From assembly GCA_964471255.1 (NCBI GenBank), contig CAYYFB010000001.1:110798-174797 (forward strand): 64,000 nucleotides of DNA, read 5' to 3'. The notes beneath the pieces are model-generated. The model did no database searches, was not told the origin of the DNA, and saw only the letters and a program-made list of their open reading frames with translations. Origin of the DNA: Candidatus Woesearchaeota archaeon (lineage in GTDB: Archaea; Nanobdellota; Nanobdellia; CAYMVK01; CAYYFB01). Position 1 is the first letter of the stretch. Every line of letters starts with the position of its first letter. Below are positions 48,885 to 58,485 of the stretch, one piece after another. Position numbers and translations under genes: made by a program.

Positions 48885-49355
48885 ATGAAACTACTTAAGA
48901 AAAAAGAAATCCTCCGTCTTTTGAGGGAGAAAACTCTCTCAATAGAACCATTTGAGTCTTCTTTTCTGGAAAAGCTAGGATACAACATTAGAATTGGGGA
49001 CACTGTAATGGTTTGGGATAGATATTCCCTTGACTTCGTTGACTTTGATAAAAATATGAAAAGATATGTAGAAAAATTCAAACTCAAGAAGAATATCTAC
49101 TTCCCTCTCCACAGCAATGAAACAGTAATTGTTAAAAGCCTAGAAAGTATAAGATTACCGGAGGATGTTTTGGGTATTCTACATACAAAAGCTAAGAGGC
49201 CATTGTACGGACTAATTGTCCATACAAGCGGGGGAATAATTCATCCAGGTTGGTCAGGGAACTTATTGCTCCCGATCACTAATATAGGAAATATTACTAT
49301 AAGGCTTACCAAAGGGGACCCTATAGCGTTTGTAACCTTCTGGAAGCTGGATTAA
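48885..49355 (+). CDS. dcd: dCTP deaminase / dUTPase-superfamily protein
   Basis: '..GYNIRIGD..', 'IHPGWSGNLLLPITNIGNITIRLTKGDPIA'. Confidence 0.65.
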   Translation: MKLLKKKEILRLLREKTLSIEPFESSFLEKLGYNIRIGDTVMVWDRYSLDFVDFDKNMKRYVEKFKLKKNIYFPLHSNETVIVKSLESIRLPEDVLGILHTKAKRPLYGLIVHTSGGIIHPGWSGNLLLPITNIGNITIRLTKGDPIAFVTFWKLD

Positions 49356-50431
49356 AGATACCATAAAAGAGTGGGTATAAGAATAGAACCTGAAAGCACA
49401 AAAAGCGGCGTTTCTGAGTAAAAAGCGGCAAATGCTAGAAGAAGACATGCTAACATGACGCCAATACCTTCAACCCCAGAGTAAACATAAATAATAACAA
49501 CATTAATCAAGAGCAAAATAAACTTGACCCTTTCCACTGAACTTATTCTTAGAAATGGGAGCAAAATCAGAAGAAAGGTACAACATATTAGAAAGGAAAA
49601 AGTTGAGACAAGGAGGAACGAAAAAATGTAAGATTTATCCACTCCTTGTAAAATTTTTAAGTAACCTTCTCTAGGCTTATCAAGGAAGTACCATGAAAAT
49701 AAAGATACTAAAGGCTGGATAAAATTAATACCGCCAAGCACTGCTCCAAGATTAGCCTTAAAGAAGACTCTAGACAATAAAGCAGAATGGACAGGAGTTA
49801 TTCCTGGCAAGGAGGCGAGAAAAATTGAAGCTAATATGATCTTTGGTAAATCATAAGGACACATTTTGTTAATTTCTTCTTTCCTCGCAGTTTTTCTAAA
49901 TAAAAGACTCGGAATCCCAAAAAATCCTGAAAGCATTGGAAGAAAAGGCTCATTACAGAGCCCAAGGTTTAAAATTATCACCCCATATATCCCTGAGGTT
50001 ATGAAAAACAGCAAAGAATAAAAGAAATTTTCTTGGAGAGTTAAAACAATCGTTATCCCAAATAAAATAATAAAAACAGATTTTGGAAGATATTCTAAAT
50101 ACTTCAGAAAAGAAAAGATAGGAAAAAGAAGAATACAGCAAACAAAAGAAAATAAGCCACCAAGAACAATCTCTTTAAGAGACGCTCTATCTAGAGAAAA
50201 GTATCCAAAGTTTCTGTATCCGGCTATACTTACCAAAAATGCTTGTGAAAAGTTAAATCCTATCCCTACCGAAAGTAGAAATATACTTGTCTTAATTTTA
50301 TCAGCAATATGAATATTCTTAAAGAGATTCGGATGTAGACCAGGCATAAAACCAGAAAATACCCCAAATAGACTACCCAACAAAGTTAACCAGAGAAAAG
50401 ATAGTTCCATTCTCAATTTTACCACAAACAA
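49352..50431 (-). CDS. polytopic membrane protein (TctA/DUF112-like?)
   Basis: 359 aa, ~10 TM helices. 'FSGFMPGLHPN' N-terminal motif. Confidence 0.3.
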   Translation of the reverse strand: MFVVKLRMELSFLWLTLLGSLFGVFSGFMPGLHPNLFKNIHIADKIKTSIFLLSVGIGFNFSQAFLVSIAGYRNFGYFSLDRASLKEIVLGGLFSFVCCILLFPIFSFLKYLEYLPKSVFIILFGITIVLTLQENFFYSLLFFITSGIYGVIILNLGLCNEPFLPMLSGFFGIPSLLFRKTARKEEINKMCPYDLPKIILASIFLASLPGITPVHSALLSRVFFKANLGAVLGGINFIQPLVSLFSWYFLDKPREGYLKILQGVDKSYIFSFLLVSTFSFLICCTFLLILLPFLRISSVERVKFILLLINVVIIYVYSGVEGIGVMLACLLLAFAAFYSETPLFVLSGSILIPTLLWYL

Positions 50432-50617
50432 TCACCCTACCAAATAGGCATTTTCTAGAGATTATTTCTACATTAGTACGATTTTCAACTTGTCCTGTCA
50501 TGATGCAAATTCTATCACTTGCAAAGAGGATTCTACTTATAGTAACTTCTCTGCATAAGGAATTCCTTTTTAATAAGAAAATCATCAATAAAATAGCAAA
50601 AGATGTTACATACAAAA

Positions 50618-51463
50618 TTACAAGCTTTTTTTCTCTATTTTTAGATCTACGCATACTCTTACCTTAGAAGGAGAAATATCTCCACATTTTTTTACGTTTA
50701 TAACTTCTAGAGAAATAGAATAGATTTCGGAAAGGTAAGTAACAAAACTTTTTACTTCTTCCTCATAGTCTTCTTTTTTAACAAACTTATAAACGTGAGC
50801 AAACGCCTTTTCTTTCGAGGCAAGAACGACACTTTCGAAAAGCTTTTCTGGAGCGCTGGGATAATCAAGAATACATCTATCAGCAATGTTCTTTAAATTA
50901 AGCTCTTTAATAACTTCTCTACAATCCCCTAAAAAAGGAAAGATGACCTCCTGAAGTTTATTTAACTTTATATTTTCAACCAGATATCTAAAAGCCAGAG
51001 GATTTTTATCAATAGCATATATTCTCTTGGGTTTTGCGTGTTTTGCTATCACAAGAGAAAAAGATCCAATTCCTGCACAAAGATCTATAATTATTTCCCC
51101 AGGAGCAACCTTTCTTGCAATCCTAAGTCTTTCCTGGGATAGTCTAGGAGAGAAGTATACTTTTTTCACATTAAGTTTCATTTTTACTCCAGACTCTTTG
51201 TGGATTGTTTCATCAATCTCTTCCCCAGCAATTAATTCATAAGATCTTAGTCTAAATTCCCCTTTGACTTCACTGGCTCTTTTATAGACGCATTTCACAT
51301 TCCTATGGATCTTGAGAATAGCTTTTCCTATTTCCTCTTTATATTCTTCTAACTCTTCTGGTATTTCTACTATTGCTATCTCCCCAATAATATCAAAGCT
51401 TGTTGGAATATATCTTGTTTTTTCTCTAGGTATTACATTTTTTAGAACATCTTTTATTCTCAT
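50618..51463 (-). CDS. Trm5/Taw2 (Met-10+)-family SAM-dependent tRNA methyltransferase
   Basis: 'IIDLCAGIGSFSLVIAKHA', 'YAIDKNPLAFRYLVENIKLN', 'ILDYPSAPEKL'. Confidence 0.6.
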   Translation of the reverse strand: MRIKDVLKNVIPREKTRYIPTSFDIIGEIAIVEIPEELEEYKEEIGKAILKIHRNVKCVYKRASEVKGEFRLRSYELIAGEEIDETIHKESGVKMKLNVKKVYFSPRLSQERLRIARKVAPGEIIIDLCAGIGSFSLVIAKHAKPKRIYAIDKNPLAFRYLVENIKLNKLQEVIFPFLGDCREVIKELNLKNIADRCILDYPSAPEKLFESVVLASKEKAFAHVYKFVKKEDYEEEVKSFVTYLSEIYSISLEVINVKKCGDISPSKVRVCVDLKIEKKSL

Positions 51464-52039
51464 TCACTCTTTTTCTTTTAAATACCGTTTAAGATAAAGA
51501 TATCCAAAAATCCCAATGATCATGGCCACTCCAGCTGAACATCCCCAGACTAGGATTTCAACAATCCTAATTAGTATAGTAGCTTCAGGAATTCCTATTT
51601 CTTTGAGAATTATTCCTCCCAAGAAGAGGTAAACAACAGCCGAGATAGGGAGATAAAGGATATGCCCATAGGGTACCTGTTTAATGCTCTCCCCTGCTCG
51701 TCTGAGGATAATAATCCCTAAATATAAAACGAAAAGGATTCTAAGCAGGTTTGGAAAGAATGCTAGGACTGAAATTAGGAAATTTGACAAAACTGAAAGA
51801 TTAAGTAATTTGAACCCCTCAGAAAAGAGGAATATCGCTATAGATAAAGAAATGATTGTCGATAAAATGTATCTAAGCTTTACTCCAGCAATATCCTTTG
51901 GCAGGGAATGTTTTTCTAGAAATTCATCAACCTTTTTTCTTCTCCAGATTAAGGAAAAAACGTCTCCTGCTACTTTTCCTGCTGAAATTCCTAACAGAAA
52001 GAGGAGCATTGCATAAAGGATATTTTCTAACATATTCAA
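51464..52039 (-). CDS. hypothetical membrane protein
   Basis: 191 aa, 5-6 TM helices. Confidence 0.35.
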   Translation of the reverse strand: MNMLENILYAMLLFLLGISAGKVAGDVFSLIWRRKKVDEFLEKHSLPKDIAGVKLRYILSTIISLSIAIFLFSEGFKLLNLSVLSNFLISVLAFFPNLLRILFVLYLGIIILRRAGESIKQVPYGHILYLPISAVVYLFLGGIILKEIGIPEATILIRIVEILVWGCSAGVAMIIGIFGYLYLKRYLKEKE

Positions 52040-52066
52040 AGAACAGTTTATATGACATAAAAATAT

Positions 52067-52138
<72 letters not shown>

Positions 52139-52330
52139 GAAGAAATGCCCCTTTGGCTGTTTTTATAACAACATTATTTTATGATGCCATTTGCTGAGCA
52201 GATTAAGGACGGAATCGGAATGACGTTGTTTTGCAACAAGATAAAGTCCTTGAAGTGCAAGCCTTCAAGCCTATTCTGACATTATTGAGAATTTTATAAA
52301 AAACTTAAGTGCCGGGAATTAGTTTTTTCT

Positions 52331-52534
52331 ATGCAAGTAACCATTTCTATCTCCGAACTAAAAAAGATAATAAGGGAAGTGATAAGGGAAGAGCTTGAAA
52401 GATTTAAAGTAGAATTGATTCCAGAAGAAGAGCCAGAACCTGAAGATCTTGAGGCTTTAAAGATAGCCACAGAACAATACAAAGAAGGAAAGTATGTGAC
52501 ATGGGAAGAATTGGAGAAAGAACTTTCGAAATAA
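52331..52534 (+). CDS. putative antitoxin of RelE-type toxin-antitoxin pair
   Basis: 67 aa, acidic. 3' end overlaps the start of the RelE-like frame. Confidence 0.45.
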   Translation: MQVTISISELKKIIREVIREELERFKVELIPEEEPEPEDLEALKIATEQYKEGKYVTWEELEKELSK

Positions 52535-52794
52535 TTATTCCAAAGGGCGTTAAGAGGAAAATTATTAAGCTTCCAGAAGAGTATAGAAATCCTTTAGGGG
52601 AAATATTTAGAACCTTAAGGGAGAATCCTATACCTACCAGCAAATAGGATGTTAAGAAGTTAAAGGGCCTTAAAAATTGCTTTAGGATTAGAAAAGGTAA
52701 GATGAGAATTGTTTATAAAGTTTTGGAAAAAGAAAGGAAAATTCTAATTGCTAGGGTTGGTATGAGGGAGAAAGTATACAAAAAGTTATTATAA
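52501..52794 (+). pseudogene. RelE/ParE-family toxin gene interrupted by in-frame TAG (52645-52647)
   Basis: Translates as MGRIGERTFEIIIPKGVKRKIIKLPEEYRNPLGEIFRTLRENPIPTSK*DVKKLKGLKNCFRIRKGKMRIVYKVLEKERKILIARVGMREKVYKKLL. The C-terminal half is the classic RelE core. Confidence 0.5.
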
Positions 52795-52961
52795 TATTCA
52801 AGTGAACTAGAATTATAAAGGATTTTCTCTTTAATTTTCCTTACTCAATAGAATAGAAATTTTCTATACCCCAGATGAGCTAAATAGGCCTCCTGATAAA
52901 GAAAGACAGTTGTTTTTCTACACTACATTCTGACCATTCATCTGGTAACCAGGAAATATTA

Positions 52962-52990
52962 CTCCTAAGACCTGACGAACAGGAGGTCCC
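52962..52990 (+). repeat. degenerate direct copy of tRNA-Val 3' half (att-like remnant)
   Basis: 'ctgacgaacaggaggtccc-agttcgaatc' versus tRNA-Val 'ttgacgagcgggaggtccccggttcgaatc'. ~28/32 identity, same orientation, ~830 nt downstream of the gene. Confidence 0.5.
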
Positions 52991-53437
52991 AGTTCGAATC
53001 TAAATGGGAATTATTCTTAATTTTAATGTTCTCAATTCCAGAGAAACCAAATTATTTAGACATTTTATTGCTAACTGTTAATTAGGTCATAAAACGGTGG
53101 CCTTCCTAATTACAAAAATATTGAGAGAAATCAATCCTCAGTAGTGAAGAGAAAGGTCCAAATTATTGATTACTGTTAACACACTAGAGCAAAAAAGAAT
53201 CTTAAGTATATCTGAGGAATTTAATCTATTTTCTAGAGCGCTCCAGAAAAATTCTCAAACTTGTTTATCTTTATTAAAAAAGATTTAGCATTAATTTTCC
53301 CAATTCCCCAAATAGTCTTGATTGCTTACTTATATTTCTCCCTTTGCTTCCTTCTCAGTCTTTTTCTCTCCCTTATTCTCTTTTTGATAGTTTTCCATCT
53401 ACATCTAAACTTATTGACCGTCTTTTTCCACCTTCGG

Positions 53438-54175
53438 CTACTCCTTTTCAACTATCCACCTCCATCCTATTGCTGATATATAAAGAGCTAGCCTAAGGGT
53501 TATAAAGTTTACGTCGAAATCCAGATTTATCTCAGTAATGTCCATTGAGAGTGGCTTTGTTCTGCTTAGAGCATCAATAAGAAGCTTTGGATTTAGCCCA
53601 AATGGTTCCCTAAAATAGGTTCCTGGAGCGAAAGCTGGGTCTAAAACATCAATATCTATGCTTAAATAGAAATCTTTTCTTGGAATAAAGGAACTTATAT
53701 CATCAGAACTCTCTATTTCATTGCATAGTAAAAAGTTTATCCCTTTCTCTTTGATGAAATTCATTTCGTGTGGTGCAAAATTCCTTATTCCCACTAAATA
53801 TACCTTCTCTGGATTTACTAATCTTTCCTCAATAAGAAGCCTTAACCAATCTTCATTAGTGGGGAATTTTGTAGAGAACTCTAAATCTGGATGAGCGTCA
53901 AAAATTACTAGAGGTTTTCCTTTAAAGTTCTGGTAGAGAAAAAAAGAAACAGAATGATCCCCTCCAATAGCTACAAATGGTTTTTCTAAATTCAAAAGCT
54001 TAGAATAGAATTCTCTTATATTTTCTCCTTCTTCTTTTGATATCACCCTAATCTTTGTGCTAATTAAATCAATAAAATAGATCTTCTCTAATTCTTTTTT
54101 TAATTTTCCAGATATTTTATATCCTTTCCTATATCTTAGGTTTCCAATTCCTTCATCTATTACTATTAAGTGCAT
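53438..54175 (-). CDS. arginase/agmatinase-family ureohydrolase
   Basis: 'GGDHSVSF', 'FDAHPD', 'SIDIDVLDPAFAPGT'. 245 aa, short. Confidence 0.7.
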   Translation of the reverse strand: MHLIVIDEGIGNLRYRKGYKISGKLKKELEKIYFIDLISTKIRVISKEEGENIREFYSKLLNLEKPFVAIGGDHSVSFFLYQNFKGKPLVIFDAHPDLEFSTKFPTNEDWLRLLIEERLVNPEKVYLVGIRNFAPHEMNFIKEKGINFLLCNEIESSDDISSFIPRKDFYLSIDIDVLDPAFAPGTYFREPFGLNPKLLIDALSRTKPLSMDITEINLDFDVNFITLRLALYISAIGWRWIVEKE

Positions 54176-54299
54176 GCAAGGAGTTGGTTAGAAGAAATCT
54201 AATGAATTATGTAGCTACCAGTGGGTGAATCAGAAAATCCTGGTTAGAATTCTGGAGCGGCATGGAAGTATCTAAATCTATAGATATGGATTTCCTTTT

Positions 54300-54539
54300 A
54301 TGGCAAAGAGAAAGACTGTAATACCAATGGCTGCTGTTGAGAGACTTATAAGGAATGCAGCAAAGAAATATGGAATAGTAAGAGTTTCTGGAAAGGCAGT
54401 AGCAAAGACAGTAGATACTTTAGAAACTCTGGTAAAAAGATTGGCTGAAGAGGCTTCCAGGCTTGCTGCTCACGCTGGAAGAGTAACAGTAACAAAAGAA
54501 GATATTGACATGGCTAAGGGAAGTATAAGGACCCTATAG
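54300..54539 (+). CDS. archaeal histone (HMf-like fold) with short N-terminal basic tail
   Basis: 'IPMAAVERLIRNA..VRVSGKAVAKTVDTLETLVKRLAEEASRLAAHAGRVTVTKEDIDMA' histone fold. 'MAKRKTV' tail. Confidence 0.75.
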   Translation: MAKRKTVIPMAAVERLIRNAAKKYGIVRVSGKAVAKTVDTLETLVKRLAEEASRLAAHAGRVTVTKEDIDMAKGSIRTL

Positions 54540-54740
54540 CTTTTTTGCTTATTTATTTTATTATATTTGTGATGAGACCTTCCCAGTCTGAAGTCTGATG
54601 ATTCGAGCTACCTCACTGATCTAAACCCCTTCAATAGAAAGCTTGTAGAGTTTCTGGTAAATTTTCTAAAAAGACATGTAAGAATAAATCAGAGGTATGT
54701 TCCTTTTGTTTTAATTTGAGTATTAATTACTTTCTAGACT

Positions 54741-55070
54741 TTACTGATATTCCATCCAAGTATATCCACATTTAACACATTTGAATATCCTTGTAGCCGG
54801 CTCATCAGCAGCTCTTGTTTGCTCTAGAGTGAAATATGCTTTATTATATCCACATTTGGGACACTGGACTTCAGTTATGGGGAGCATTTCATTTTCAAAT
54901 GATTCTAGTTCAACAATTCCTCTCCTTTTCTTTGTATGCTCCACAGTAATAAGAGGGTTCCCTTCTTTTTCATAAGTTTCTCCACATTTAGAACAAACCA
55001 ACTTATCTCCCTTAGGAACAAGAACTCCTCCACACTTCTTGCAGAATAACATAGAGAAAGTCTCCCTCAA
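54741..55070 (-). CDS. tfs: transcription factor S (TFS; RpoM/TFIIS-like)
   Basis: N-terminal Zn ribbon CKKCG..CSKCG. C-terminal ribbon 'CPKCG..QTRAADEPATRIFKCVKCG'. Probable start at M7 (55052). Confidence 0.7.
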   Translation of the reverse strand: MRETFSMLFCKKCGGVLVPKGDKLVCSKCGETYEKEGNPLITVEHTKKRRGIVELESFENEMLPITEVQCPKCGYNKAYFTLEQTRAADEPATRIFKCVKCGYTWMEYQ

Positions 55071-55088
55071 AACTCCTTTATAAATATT

Positions 55089-55856
55089 ATGGAAAAGTTT
55101 AAAAGAGAAAATCGAGAAAAAAACTTTTCAATTAAACTCCTTATTAATAAAGAAAATAAAAAGTATTTCTGGAGCGGCGGAGATTTGCATTTGAATGAAG
55201 GGATTATAAAAGAGGAAAAAATAAAAAGGGCCGCTCCAGGCGACAAGATTTATACTCATCTGGGAAAGGAGTTCTATGTCATTAAGCCTAATTTCATTGA
55301 TTTCTTTGATAAATTGAAAAGAAGAGCCCAAGTTATTTTACCCAAGGATGCTGTCCTAATGATTGCCTATGCTGGGGTTAACCCAGGAGATACAGTAGTA
55401 GAGGGAGGGACTGGCTCGGGATGGCTAACCTTATGGCTTGCAAGAGCTGTTGGGGAAGAAGGCAGGGTAATTTCTTATGATATTAATAAAGAAAATATAG
55501 AAATAGCAAGAGAAAATCTAAAGCTTCTTGGATTAGAAAAAAGAGTGGAATTTGTAATAGGGGATATCACAAAAGAGGGATTTCCGGAATGTAATTCTGT
55601 TTTTCTTGACATTCCAAATAGCTATGAGGTAATTAAATTCTGGAGCAAGGTTGCTCCAGGGGGCTTTATGGTTTTCTACTGCCCTCAGCTTACGCAAGTT
55701 TTGGAAGTAGTAAAGGAAGCTAGGAAAGTAGATAGATTAATACTTGATAAATGCATAGAGGTAACCGAAAGACCTTGGATAATTAAAGATAAAATATTAA
55801 GACCAAAACAATGGCTTGAACACACGGCATTCCTTTTGTTTTTAAGGAGAGTTTAG
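55089..55856 (+). CDS. trmI: tRNA (m1A57/58) methyltransferase TrmI/Gcd14 family
   Basis: 'VVEGGTGSGWLTLWLARAVG..GRVISYDI', 'FVIGDI', 'VFLDIPN'. Confidence 0.65.
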   Translation: MEKFKRENREKNFSIKLLINKENKKYFWSGGDLHLNEGIIKEEKIKRAAPGDKIYTHLGKEFYVIKPNFIDFFDKLKRRAQVILPKDAVLMIAYAGVNPGDTVVEGGTGSGWLTLWLARAVGEEGRVISYDINKENIEIARENLKLLGLEKRVEFVIGDITKEGFPECNSVFLDIPNSYEVIKFWSKVAPGGFMVFYCPQLTQVLEVVKEARKVDRLILDKCIEVTERPWIIKDKILRPKQWLEHTAFLLFLRRV

Positions 55857-55898
55857 CATTTCAACTTTATTTATCATAGATTAAATTTACTTAAATTT

Positions 55899-58436
55899 AT
55901 GAGAAAGATAGTTCTCCCACTTTTACTTCCTTTGCTTTTTGCAGCGTATCCACTAGTTTGGCATCCCTGTGATGATATAGTTTGGAATGTAGGATGTGAT
56001 ATTATAGCAGGAGACATAAAGGCTGTTAGATATTATGACTACAATGATACAAGATATTATATAAAGCCTGCAGGCCTAACCAAGATAAAAGAGCTTGAAG
56101 TCATGGCAAATGCTAATCTAGGTGGGGTCCTTTATGTAGATGCCCAAAATAAAAGAGTTGGAATTAATACTAACACTCCTCAAGAGGCCTTGCATGTAGT
56201 GGGAAATATCCTAGTTCCAGAGAACTATAAAATAAATTTCGGAAATGGTCAAGGCTATATTTATTCCGATGGATCTTATTTTAGAATAGGGTTTGGAAAT
56301 AAGCCTATCTGGATTAATAGCTGGGATGATAATGTTATTATCTACGCAGGAGATAGTCAGTACGTTGTTTTAGGACATTGGAACGCTCCAAATTATATCA
56401 AAATACATACCTGGAAATGGCCCTCGGCCACGGAGCCCCTACAACCTTCTAATCCTTTGGGATTTACTTATGGTTGGTATGATTCGGGGACAGGAACAAC
56501 AAAAACTAGTATTATTTGGCTTAAAGCTTATGCTTTAGATACATCTGGAAAAGGAAAACTGTCTATTGAACATGGAGGAAGTGAACTAGCTTATATAGAT
56601 ACCCAGGGCTGGACAAAATTTAATGGTCCTGTAGGAATAATGGCAAATCCAGGCGCTAGTTATGCTCTCAACATAGGAGGAAGCTTAGGGATAAACGGAA
56701 ATATTGTTCTAAAGGTAGACCAAACAAAAACACCTTACACAGTAGTCATAGGTGGGGGAGGGGGTATTGGTAAGGTAAGAGTTCCAAAGGCTAGGGCATT
56801 CGAGGTTGGAGAAACTCTTTTTGTGAATGATACAAGCGGACAAGTAGGGATCGGAATTGAAAGTCCCAAAGATACATTGCATGTTAAAGGAGGATTAAGA
56901 GTAGAGGCCGGAACTTTTGATATTGTAGCACCCAAATCTCCTCCTTCTGACATAAGAACAGGTTCTGAAGCCGACTCTGGTAGAGTTTGGATACAGTACG
57001 GAGCTGTAAGTGCTGCGCCAAATCTGATACTTGTAGACTATGATGAAGGTCCAGCCATAGTTTTCAGACAAACTGGAACGGGTAATGAAACAAATCCGCA
57101 GTATCAAGCTTACATAGGAATGCATAGCAATTCAAATGATCTCTTCGTAATGGGAGGAAACTTTGGAATTGGAACCAGTAGCCCACAATATAAACTTCAT
57201 GTCCAAGGAGATGTTTACTCCAGTGGGTATTTGAGAACAGATACTGGAATTTGCATAGGAAATGACTGCAAAGCCAGTTGGGGAGAAGTTGCATCAGAAG
57301 GTGGATGGGTAGATATGGATGGTATAGTAAAGTTAGCTAATGCAAGTGACAGTGTAAATGCTACAACTCTGTGGATAGACAATACAAATGGAAGAGTTGG
57401 AATAGGAACGTACTCTCCATCAGCAAAGCTCACAATTGCTGCTGCTGATTATACTGGAGCAATTCATATAGTTAGTGATACTGGGGAAAAGAGATTCTCT
57501 CTATTGCCAAGATCTGATGGAGGATGGGAGATGTTTGATTATTACGGCGGGAACTGGAATGAAGGGATAGTCCAGAGAGGGGGGAGTGTAGGAATAGGAG
57601 TTGTACCCTCCTATAAATTAGATGTATATTCCCCCAGTGGAGGAGTAATAGTAGGAAGATTTAGAGTAGGAACAGAGGCAGGATCTTGGATCCGCTTTGA
57701 GAATACCGAAGGAAGATGGGACGTAGGAATGAACGGCCTAGAGAGATTTTCCATATATAATCCAGACACTGGTAAGCAGGCATTGGTTATCGACCCTTCA
57801 GGAAATGTGGGAATAGGGACCATAGACCCAACAGAGAAGTTAGATGCAAGGGGAAACATTCAATTCGGTGCAGGTTCCTATTGGCAATTAGACGAAGGTA
57901 GTTGGACCGGAAGCGGACATTCTGATCAGGCAAACATTATGTATGAAGGCCCTAACCCAGTCTCTACCTTTGGATTTCATGGACAGGGTCCAAAAGAGGT
58001 AAATGTGATTATAGATGGAAGATTAGGAGTAGGGTATGCCTCTGAAGTGAAAGATTTGCCCTATGGATCGGCTATTTTCGCAGGTAAAATCGGTGTCCAT
58101 GTTACTAATCCAGCAACCCGGCTTCATGTAAACGGTAGCGTTAGACTAGAAAATGGCAACATAATTCAGTGGACAAGTGCTGACGGCACCACTTACTGGA
58201 ATGTACTAAGCGTCGATTCTTCGGATGACGTTAACCTGAACACTGGAGGAGGGCATGATATCAAATTCACTGAGGCAGGGAACGTAAGAATGATAATAAA
58301 AGGATCAACAGACAGAGTAGGGATTGGCACGGAAGATCCAGAGAAAAAATTGGATGTAAGAGGAGATTTTCAGGTTATTTCTGGAGGAGGATCTTTCAAA
58401 GTGGATAGTAGTGGAAATATTATAGCAGAAATCTAG
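55899..58436 (+). CDS. large secreted repeat protein with tail-fibre-like 'GIGT..P..KLHV/LDV' repeats
   Basis: 845 aa. Signal peptide. ≥9 copies of '(R/N)VGIGTxxPxxKLxVxG'. Gly/Thr/Ser-rich beta-type composition. Confidence 0.6.
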   Translation: MRKIVLPLLLPLLFAAYPLVWHPCDDIVWNVGCDIIAGDIKAVRYYDYNDTRYYIKPAGLTKIKELEVMANANLGGVLYVDAQNKRVGINTNTPQEALHVVGNILVPENYKINFGNGQGYIYSDGSYFRIGFGNKPIWINSWDDNVIIYAGDSQYVVLGHWNAPNYIKIHTWKWPSATEPLQPSNPLGFTYGWYDSGTGTTKTSIIWLKAYALDTSGKGKLSIEHGGSELAYIDTQGWTKFNGPVGIMANPGASYALNIGGSLGINGNIVLKVDQTKTPYTVVIGGGGGIGKVRVPKARAFEVGETLFVNDTSGQVGIGIESPKDTLHVKGGLRVEAGTFDIVAPKSPPSDIRTGSEADSGRVWIQYGAVSAAPNLILVDYDEGPAIVFRQTGTGNETNPQYQAYIGMHSNSNDLFVMGGNFGIGTSSPQYKLHVQGDVYSSGYLRTDTGICIGNDCKASWGEVASEGGWVDMDGIVKLANASDSVNATTLWIDNTNGRVGIGTYSPSAKLTIAAADYTGAIHIVSDTGEKRFSLLPRSDGGWEMFDYYGGNWNEGIVQRGGSVGIGVVPSYKLDVYSPSGGVIVGRFRVGTEAGSWIRFENTEGRWDVGMNGLERFSIYNPDTGKQALVIDPSGNVGIGTIDPTEKLDARGNIQFGAGSYWQLDEGSWTGSGHSDQANIMYEGPNPVSTFGFHGQGPKEVNVIIDGRLGVGYASEVKDLPYGSAIFAGKIGVHVTNPATRLHVNGSVRLENGNIIQWTSADGTTYWNVLSVDSSDDVNLNTGGGHDIKFTEAGNVRMIIKGSTDRVGIGTEDPEKKLDVRGDFQVISGGGSFKVDSSGNIIAEI

Positions 58437-58485
58437 ACCCTTACTTTTTGATTTTCTTTTTTCAATCCTCTTTATAATAGCTATC

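Noticed and set aside
52183-52277. Possible C/D-box sRNA (AUGAUGC ... CUGA ... AAUGACG ... CUGA) between tRNA-Val and the antitoxin gene
   Set aside because: Box spacing is wrong: ~6 nt between C and D', ~50 nt between C' and D. More likely att/regulatory hairpins (TTGTT..AACAA, CTTGAAG..CTTCAAG).
52645-52647. TAG in RelE as a pyrrolysine or other programmed recoding site
   Set aside because: No pyl genes or methanogen context in the window. A plain inactivating nonsense mutation is the simpler explanation.
53261-53476. 71-aa hydrophobic + strand ORF
   Set aside because: Low-complexity Leu/Phe run in an AT-rich intergenic region, overlapping the 3' end of the arginase-family gene on the other strand.
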